64,000 nucleotides of DNA, taken from positions 1-64,000 of IMG/VR virus record IMGVR_UViG_3300020183_000015. One strand, given 5' to 3'. The translations under genes were made by a program, and so were the position numbers. The notes beneath the pieces are model-generated. The model was not told the origin of the DNA, made no database searches, and worked only from the letters and a program-made list of their open reading frames with translations. This document shows, one piece after another, positions 19,910-29,600 of the stretch. Each line of letters starts with the position of its first letter. Within the stretch, counting starts at the first letter, position 1. The stretch is from a virus.

Positions 19910-22900
19910 ATGGCGTATCAAAATATAAATCAATATAACTACCCCAAATTAAAATTACAACTTGTTTATGATGGACAAGACATGTCGCTTGCATCAGACG
20001 AAAAAAATTTTAATGAGGAAGTTGTTTTTTCGCCTTATTTGATTGCACAAACATACGGTAAAAAATTACCTGTATATTTTGATATTGATAACCCATTAAC
20101 ATGGATTCCAAAAGAACTTACCTATAAAAATTACGATCAAACAAATATTTTTGTTTCTCAAAATTATTACGAACCTGATGGTTTAGATTTAGATTGTTTT
20201 AAAGTTGATACCGCCTGTGATATTGGTTTGACAGGAATTGACAATGGTCTTGTTAACCAAATGACAGGAAAAACCATAACTTTTACAAACGGACTCTTTA
20301 ATGATTTTCTAAAATTTCAAAGATTATATTTTGACAGACGTTTAAAAATGTTCCAAGTTACTGGATATACTGGAACTTACAACAGATTTTCTGCCATAAC
20401 TCAACAAACTTTATATGAGGTTGTATCAAAAGACAACATTGCGGTTGGAAAATACCATGAATTATATGGTGGGTTTTATCAAGGATTTCACAAACTTTTT
20501 GGATATGATTATGACATTTTACCGAATCGTGTAAACAAAGGTTGGACTGTAGAAATGTTATTAAAACCAAGGTTGTTTGAAGAATATCAACCTGGACCTG
20601 GTGAGACCACTTTGAACGAGATCTATCCTCGAAATAAAAATATGTTTTTTTATTGGGGAACAAGAGCTGAAAATAAATTTTATCACCACGCTAATGGTAG
20701 TCCTTGGAATTATAGCGGGTACACAAGAGTAACTAGTCCATTGTATAATTGTATTGAGACATGTGCTTGTTGTAATACAGGAGTTACTAATAGTAGATGT
20801 ATTTACGTTTACCCACCAAGATCTCAAAACAATCAACATGACCCACATGTTAATTATGGTTGTAATGTTTGTAATGGAAACCCAACACCACAATGTGGTT
20901 GTAGTTGTGGTCAGTTACCTTGTTTAGAATGTGGTTGGGAATGCCAAACCCATACTTGCGCACCTGCGTCACCAACACCAACACCAACCCCAACACCGAC
21001 GACAGTACCGGTTTCTTGCGAGAATTGTGAAAATCAAATAAATTTACCATTACCAGGTAACAGTATTTCTTATGTTAGCGGGATCACAATTTCGGCTTCA
21101 GGAAGTGGAGACATTACTACAAACGGACTACCAACAGGTTTCATTGATGATTGTGGTTTTATAAATTTACAAAACTCAATAGCTTTAGGTCAAAATGTTC
21201 CGTTCGGATCCCCTTATACATACACTTTGACTTTTAGTCAACCTGTTAATAATATTTCAATTGTTTTACTTGGATATAACATTGCTTTTGGTCCAAGTCC
21301 TACTGAATATTTCGTAATTACAACCAATACAGGTAATAATACACCTGAAATCACATTATGTTCTGGATGTTGCGCTTCAATATCAGGTAATGTTATAACC
21401 GCTAGTAATGTTAATGGTGATTGTGTTCCTGAGACTAATAGCGGTGCGGGACAATTCAACATAAGAAATTCACAACCTTTTACATCATTAACTATATCAG
21501 GAAATGGAGGATCTTCAGGTTCTTTAATCACAATTTGTGACCATACTCCACTTGAAATTAATAACGCTATAATAACTCAAGATGGTTATTACTTAATAGT
21601 TGGCGATAATCAATATCTATCTTTCAGTGGATCAAATACAATTGTACCTGAAAATTTATCTGAAAATTTTTATAATGACAATTGGACTGAAGAGGTATAT
21701 GTGGTCGATAAACTTGATTTCCCAAACCCAAGCCCAACGCCAACACCTACGCCAACTTTACCTCCCTATGAGTTTGTTTGTCCACCTGATAAACCAAGTC
21801 CAACATGTAGTCCTCAAGCGAATATATGTAATAGTTGTGGTTTCCCTATTGATGATTGTGACGGTGGAACATGTAGTTCATGTGGTTGTGGATGTAATCA
21901 ACCAAAACCAAACCCTTGGTCTTCGGTTGAGGATACTTGCGAAAAAGATCCAAAATACGATACCATATCTAATAATCTTGCGTTCAAATTAGGTGGAGAC
22001 CCTAAAAACCCAACAATTTGTGTAAGAGTACTTAAAATAACAGGGGCATGTGAGGTGTCAGGAACTTGTGTCACTGGAGTGACTTATGAGACAGGTTGTA
22101 CTATTACTGAAATTTGTACTCCACCTATCTACCCATACTGTTTGGAAGTGAATCCTGCATGGTTAGAACTTGAACATTGGTTCCAAATAGATGCCGTTTG
22201 GGAGAGGTATACCTATATTGAATCTTGCGATTTATTTTGGTATGGTGGTTTAGGTGTATTGACAAGAGAAGAATATCTTCAGTCTTTGGCAAACAACGCA
22301 CCTTCTTTGATTGCACCTCCATATACAAATGATAGAGCGGTTGCAGAAAAAATTACATTGATTCAAATGAATAACTTGTGGTTAGAACAAGAAAAATTCA
22401 GAAGAGGTCGATTAAAAATTTATGTCAACGGTAGAAAATTCTTCACAATAGAAAATTTTGAAGAAATGATTCCAAGGGCTTTAAGTACGGATAAGGAAAG
22501 ACAACTTGGTGTACCATTTAACATGTCTTGGGGTGGAGGAACACAAGGATTACACGAGAACCTTACATTCTCTGCTTGTACGGATCTGTTAGGAAACTAT
22601 ATTCAAGATCCTGAATGTTTCCCAACAAACATTTTAGACCAATCTTCTTTGTCTGGTATGACTACAAATATTTTATTGGAAGAAAATTTTGGTGGTACTT
22701 TTGACGGAGGTATTTCTCAGTTTAGATTTTATGTAGAACCTTTAGGTGCTGATGAGGTAAAACACAATTTCAAGTTATTGAAGGATAAATTTTTGATGTT
22801 TGATCCTGATTGTCCTGTTTGTGATACAGAGTTCTGTGAACCAAATGACTTTACTAGTATTGTTATACCTGTTTCGCCAACACCAACACCAACAACAACT

Positions 22901-23617
22901 CCAGCTCCTTCAGTAACACCAACACCAACACCTACTATGACCGTGACACCTACGGTCACACCAAGCCCTATTCCTGGTTTAACACCAACGCCAACACCTA
23001 CAATTACAGTAACTGCAACAATTACACCTACACCAACACCTTCCGCGGCGGCAGCAAAAACATCATATCTATTCATAGAGCCTGTAACAGGAGCAACAAA
23101 TATTGGTCAATGGATGTTCGACGGAGGAAGAGACTTCTTTGGATTTACAAATTATAGTCAACCTACTCAAAATGTACCATTATTTAATTTAGATATGAAC
23201 AGATATGTTGACTTTACAGGATGGACTTCAGGTTTATTCCCAACAATAATAACTCAAAATGTTCCTATTTCATCTGGAGGGTTAGATTCTTTTGGGAACT
23301 CAATAGTTGCATTTAACTTCACAACAACCGAAGTTCTTGAAAATACGGTACCTGTTGATGCTTGGTATACTTGGATTATACCAGTGGCGGCTACTAATTT
23401 TGAAAGGCAAATAATAATTGATCTAAATGACAATGGAAATCCTAATCTTTTAACTGCCGTTCACACAGAAGATACAATAAATTATTATACGTTTACGTAT
23501 ACAGGAACGACACTTCCGACCGCAACTTACCGTGTTTATACAACTTACCCAAGTCCGATATTTAAAATATTGAACAACAAAACTATTTATTTTAGAGGAA
23601 ACGAAGTAGAACCGTAA
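19910..23617 (+). CDS. Large Cys-rich virion protein with a split LamG/ConA-like lectin fold and Pro-Thr tracts
   Basis: LamG motifs GWTVEMLLKP, HWFQIDAVW, LKIYVNG, FDGGISQFRFY...EVKHNF; three PT tracts; start moved to the ATG at 19910 (MAYQ), downstream of the late motif. Confidence 0.7.
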   Translation: MAYQNINQYNYPKLKLQLVYDGQDMSLASDEKNFNEEVVFSPYLIAQTYGKKLPVYFDIDNPLTWIPKELTYKNYDQTNIFVSQNYYEPDGLDLDCFKVDTACDIGLTGIDNGLVNQMTGKTITFTNGLFNDFLKFQRLYFDRRLKMFQVTGYTGTYNRFSAITQQTLYEVVSKDNIAVGKYHELYGGFYQGFHKLFGYDYDILPNRVNKGWTVEMLLKPRLFEEYQPGPGETTLNEIYPRNKNMFFYWGTRAENKFYHHANGSPWNYSGYTRVTSPLYNCIETCACCNTGVTNSRCIYVYPPRSQNNQHDPHVNYGCNVCNGNPTPQCGCSCGQLPCLECGWECQTHTCAPASPTPTPTPTPTTVPVSCENCENQINLPLPGNSISYVSGITISASGSGDITTNGLPTGFIDDCGFINLQNSIALGQNVPFGSPYTYTLTFSQPVNNISIVLLGYNIAFGPSPTEYFVITTNTGNNTPEITLCSGCCASISGNVITASNVNGDCVPETNSGAGQFNIRNSQPFTSLTISGNGGSSGSLITICDHTPLEINNAIITQDGYYLIVGDNQYLSFSGSNTIVPENLSENFYNDNWTEEVYVVDKLDFPNPSPTPTPTPTLPPYEFVCPPDKPSPTCSPQANICNSCGFPIDDCDGGTCSSCGCGCNQPKPNPWSSVEDTCEKDPKYDTISNNLAFKLGGDPKNPTICVRVLKITGACEVSGTCVTGVTYETGCTITEICTPPIYPYCLEVNPAWLELEHWFQIDAVWERYTYIESCDLFWYGGLGVLTREEYLQSLANNAPSLIAPPYTNDRAVAEKITLIQMNNLWLEQEKFRRGRLKIYVNGRKFFTIENFEEMIPRALSTDKERQLGVPFNMSWGGGTQGLHENLTFSACTDLLGNYIQDPECFPTNILDQSSLSGMTTNILLEENFGGTFDGGISQFRFYVEPLGADEVKHNFKLLKDKFLMFDPDCPVCDTEFCEPNDFTSIVIPVSPTPTPTTTPAPSVTPTPTPTMTVTPTVTPSPIPGLTPTPTPTITVTATITPTPTPSAAAAKTSYLFIEPVTGATNIGQWMFDGGRDFFGFTNYSQPTQNVPLFNLDMNRYVDFTGWTSGLFPTIITQNVPISSGGLDSFGNSIVAFNFTTTEVLENTVPVDAWYTWIIPVAATNFERQIIIDLNDNGNPNLLTAVHTEDTINYYTFTYTGTTLPTATYRVYTTYPSPIFKILNNKTIYFRGNEVEP

Positions 23618-26600
23618 TGTCAGGATTATATCAAAACCCAATCACACCTATATCAGTATTAGGACCAAGTTCGGTACCTAGAATAAAACCTTTTGGCACC
23701 AATTTTAGCGTTGTAGGGGTTGGTGGATACATGGAGGTTTACAATTTAAGTGATCTTTATTTTACCGTTCCACTGTCAACAACAGGAAGTATAGAAAACA
23801 GCGGAAATACTATTCCAATACAATTTTCAAAAGGTACAGGTTCTTCATTTTCTCCTGATGTATTAACATTAAACTCCGATAATATTTCTTCCGGTAGAAG
23901 GCGATTGGGTATGTTGGTGTACGTTTATGAAACAGATACATTTTATCAATATCATATAAACAATTATCAAACTTTATGGTCAAATGCTACGGGATCCACA
24001 GGTCTTGGTGGACCAACTGTTGTAATATCAAATTTTGGCACCACAATAAAATCAAATTCACCAAGTGGAATTCAATTTATAAATCAATGGTTATCTAACA
24101 AAATTGAGGGTATAAGTGGTGAAACCGCATCAACTGCTGTTTGGAGGCTTTTTGGTGTGTCGGGAGCAACGGGTACAAGTGGTACTTCAGGTACTAATGG
24201 GTCGAGCGGAACTTCAGGTACTAATGGAACAAGTGGTACTTCAGGCACAAACGGAACTTCAGGTACTAACGGCACAAACGGAACTTCAGGTATAGATGGA
24301 TTTAGCGGAACTTCAGGAACTAATGGTACTTCAGGAACCAACGGAACTTCAGGTATAGATGGATTTAGCGGAACTTCAGGAACTAATGGTACTTCAGGAA
24401 CCAACGGAACTTCAGGTACTAACGGTACAAATGGATCATCGGGTACTAATGGAGCTAGCGGTACAAACGGAACTTCGGGTATTAACGGCACAAACGGAAC
24501 TTCGGGTACTAACGGAACTTCAGGTACTAATGGAACTTCAGGTATAGATGGATTTAGCGGAACTTCAGGAACTAACGGAACTTCGGGTATAAATGGGACA
24601 TCAGGAACTAACGGAACAAATGGTACTAGCGGTACGAATGGAACCTCGGGAACTAACGGTACATCAGGAACTAACGGAACAAATGGTTCTAGCGGTATAA
24701 ATGGCACAAATGGTTCAAGTGGAACTAGCGGAACAAATGGTACGAGCGGGACCAACGGTACATCAGGAACCAACGGAACTAGCGGTACTAGCGGTACAAA
24801 TGGAACTTCAGGGACTAATGGTACTAACGGAACTTCAGGAACAAATGGAACTTCAGGTACAAATGGAACCTCAGGAACGAACGGTACAAGTGGTACTAGC
24901 GGCACCAACGGTACATCAGGAACCAATGGTACTAGTGGAACTAACGGTACATCAGGTACAAACGGAACTTCAGGAACCAATGGTACAAGCGGAACCAATG
25001 GTACAAACGGTACCTCAGGAACTAATGGGACTAATGGAACGAATGGTACATCAGGCACAAATGGTACTAGCGGAACTAACGGTACAAGTGGAACGAGCGG
25101 GTCATCAGGGACAAATGGTACTAGTGGAACTAACGGTACAAATGGAACCAGCGGAATAAATGGTACTAACGGGACAAGCGGTACCAACGGTACTAACGGA
25201 ACGTCGGGAACAAATGGTACTAACGGTACTTCAGGTACTAACGGGACAAGCGGTACCAACGGTACTAACGGAACGTCAGGAACAAATGGTACTAACGGTA
25301 CTTCAGGTACTAATGGAACAAGTGGTACGAATGGAACAAGTGGAAGTTCAGGGACTAACGGGACTAGCGGTACGAATGGAACTTCCGGATCAAGTGGTAC
25401 AAACGGAACAAGTGGAAGTTCAGGGACTAACGGGACTAGCGGTACGAATGGAACATCGGGAACAAGTGGATCTTCAGGTACTAATGGTACAAGTGGAACT
25501 AATGGAACATCAGGTACAAATGGTACTAGTGGAACAAATGGTACGAATGGAACTAGCGGTACTAATGGAACTTCAGGAACAAATGGAACTAACGGGACTA
25601 GTGGAACTAACGGTACTTCAGGAACAAATGGTACTAACGGAACTTCAGGATCAAGTGGAACCAATGGTACCAGTGGAACTAATGGTACTAGTGGGGCAAA
25701 CGGAACTTCAGGAACAAATGGTACAAATGGCACTTCGGGAACAAATGGGACTTCAGGTACAAATGGTACTTCGGGAACCAATGGAACCAATGGGACTTCA
25801 GGTACAAATGGAACCAACGGCACAAGCGGCACCAATGGGACTTCAGGAACAAACGGTACTAGTGGAACGAACGGAACTAATGGTACCTCAGGTACTAATG
25901 GAACTTCAGGAACCAATGGTACGAATGGAACAAGTGGAACTAACGGTACGTCAGGTACAAATGGGACTTCAGGGACTAACGGAACTAATGGAACTTCAGG
26001 AACCAATGGTACGAATGGAACAAGTGGAACCAACGGGACTTCAGGAACCAACGGAACAAGTGGTACGAATGGTACTTCAGGTACAAACGGAACATCAGGT
26101 TCTAGTGGAACAAATGGTACAAGCGGTTCATCAGGAACTAACGGTACTAGCGGTACAAACGGGACTAGCGGAAGTTCAGGATCTTCGGGTACAAATGGTA
26201 CATCAGGATCAAGTGGAATTAGCGGTTCTTCAGGAACTAACGGAACAAATGGAACATCAGGTTCAAGTGGTACGAATGGTACTAGCGGTACAAACGGAAC
26301 AAGTGGATCTTCAGGAACAAATGGAACTAGCGGAACTAATGGGACATCGGGTTCATCAGGAACTAATGGTACATCAGGAACTAACGGAACTTCAGGTACA
26401 AACGGTACGAGCGGTTCGTCAGGGTCAAGTGGAATAAATGGAACTTCAGGCACAAACGGTACCTCAGGATCAAGTGGAACTAACGGTACTAGCGGTACTA
26501 ATGGTACAAGCGGTTCTTCAGGAACTAATGGTACTAGTGGTACAAACGGTACAAGTGGGTCTTCAGGTACAAATGGCACATCAGGTACTAACGGAACATC

Positions 26601-29600
26601 GGGAACGAACGGTACAAATGGAACGTCAGGAACTAATGGTACATCAGGTACTAACGGAACAAACGGCTCAAGCGGAACTGATGGAACATCTGGTACAAAC
26701 GGAACTTCGGGAACAAACGGTACATCAGGAACTAATGGAACCAACGGTACATCGGGTACAAACGGAACTAATGGGACTTCAGGGACTAATGGAACTAACG
26801 GTACTAGCGGAACGAACGGGACTTCAGGAACTAATGGTACAAATGGATCAAGTGGAACAAACGGAACTAGTGGTACGAATGGTACATCAGGAACTAATGG
26901 AACTAATGGAACAAGTGGCACTAACGGAACTTCAGGTACTAACGGAACCAATGGTACAAGTGGAACTAATGGTACAGATGGTACTAGCGGAACGTCGGGT
27001 ACAAACGGAACTAATGGTACTAGCGGTACTAATGGAACGTCGGGTACAAACGGAACATCAGGATCTAGCGGTACTAATGGAAGTTCAGGTACAAACGGAA
27101 CGTCGGGTACTAATGGAACAAACGGTACTAGCGGGACAAATGGCACAAGTGGAACAAATGGAACATCGGGTGTAAATGGTACAAGTGGGACTAATGGCAC
27201 ATCAGGTAGTAGTGGTACAAACGGAACATCAGGTTCAAGCGGAACCAATGGGACATCAGGTACAAATGGAACTTCAGGATCTAGCGGAACAAATGGAACA
27301 AGCGGAACGGATGGAACAAGTGGTACATCAGGGACTAACGGAACAAGCGGAACGAATGGAACAAGTGGTTCTTCAGGAACCAATGGGACATCTGGATCTT
27401 CGGGCACAAACGGAACTAGTGGTACAAATGGAACCAACGGGACTTCAGGAACTAACGGAACTAATGGTACCTCAGGAACAAATGGTACAAACGGAACATC
27501 GGGAACAAATGGCACCAATGGAACAAATGGTTCAAGCGGCACGAATGGAACTAACGGTACAAATGGTACGTCCGGAACTAATGGAACCAACGGAACATCG
27601 GGTACCAACGGTACGTCAGGTACAAATGGAACTAATGGAACAAGTGGCACTAACGGAACTTCAGGTACTAACGGAACCAACGGGACTTCAGGGACTAATG
27701 GAACAAATGGTACTTCAGGTACTAATGGATCATCAGGAACTAATGGCACAAACGGAACTTCAGGGACAAATGGGACTAACGGGACAAATGGATCAAGTGG
27801 AACGAATGGTACTAGTGGAACAAATGGAACATCAGGAACAAATGGAACTTCTGGTACAAATGGTACAAGCGGCACAAATGGAACCAACGGGACTAGTGGA
27901 ACAAATGGTACATCAGGAACTAATGGTACAAATGGTTCAAGCGGAACTAATGGAACTAGCGGTAATAATGGAACTTCAGGAACAAACGGTACTAACGGAA
28001 CAAGTGGTACAAATGGAACAAATGGTACGAATGGTACTTCGGGGACTAATGGAACCTCAGGTACAAACGGAACAAACGGTACTAGCGGGACAAATGGCAC
28101 AAGTGGAACTAATGGGACAAATGGTTCAAGTGGTACCAACGGGACTTCAGGGACTAATGGAACAAGTGGTTCGTCAGGAACTAACGGTACTAATGGAACT
28201 TCTGGATCTTCAGGTACAAATGGAACTAGCGGAACTAATGGGACATCGGGTTCATCAGGAACAAATGGTACTAGCGGTTCTTCAGGAACTAACGGTACTA
28301 GCGGATCATCAGGATCAAGTGGTACTAATGGTACTAGCGGATCATCAGGAACTAACGGAACATCAGGATCAAGCGGTACTAATGGAACCTCTGGTACAAA
28401 CGGTACAAGTGGTACTAATGGAACCAATGGTACTTCGGGGACTAATGGAACAAATGGTACTTCGGGGACTAATGGTACTAGCGGAACAAATGGTACAAAT
28501 GGTACTAGTGGAACGAACGGAACAAACGGCACTTCAGGCACAAACGGGACATCAGGCACCAATGGAACTTCTGGAACTAACGGGACTAATGGAACCAACG
28601 GTACTAGCGGAACAAATGGAACTTCAGGTACAAATGGCACGTCAGGGACTAATGGGACAAACGGAACTTCAGGGACTAATGGAACATCGGGAACAAATGG
28701 TACGAACGGTACTAGCGGGACTAATGGAACATCAGGTACAAATGGTACTTCAGGGACTAATGGGACAAACGGAACTTCAGGGACTAATGGTACCAGCGGA
28801 ACTAATGGAACCAGCGGAATAAATGGTACTTCAGGAACAAATGGTACAAATGGTACTAGCGGAACCAATGGAACAAACGGAACGAATGGGACTTCAGGAA
28901 CCAACGGAACTTCAGGTACGAATGGAACAAACGGAACGAATGGTACTTCAGGAACAAATGGTACAAATGGTACAAGTGGAACTAATGGAACTTCGGGTAC
29001 AAATGGTACTAGCGGAACAAATGGTACATCAGGAACAAATGGAACTAATGGAACCTCAGGAACGAACGGTACGAATGGTACTTCAGGAACAAATGGTACC
29101 AGCGGAACAAATGGTACATCAGGAACAAATGGAACATCAGGTACTAATGGAACAAATGGTACTAGCGGTACAAATGGAACATCAGGTACAAACGGAACAA
29201 ATGGAACATCAGGTACAAACGGAGCATCAGGTACCAACGGTACTAGTGGAACGTCGGGAACAAATGGAACTAACGGAACTAGTGGTACAAACGGAACTAG
29301 TGGTACAAACGGAACAAATGGTACCAGCGGAACAAATGGTACATCAGGTACTAATGGAACAAATGGTACTAGCGGTACAAATGGTACTTCGGGAACCAAT
29401 GGAACCAATGGGACTTCAGGTACAAATGGAACCAACGGCACAAGCGGCACCAATGGGACTTCAGGAACAAATGGTACATCAGGTACTAATGGAACAAATG
29501 GTACTAGCGGTACAAATGGAACATCGGGCACAAACGGAACCTCAGGAACAAATGGAACCAACGGTACAAGCGGTACCAATGGTACAAGTGGAACCAACGG

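Noticed and set aside
22729-23076. Minus-strand GVGVGV ORF
   Set aside because: Antisense of a Pro-Thr tract.
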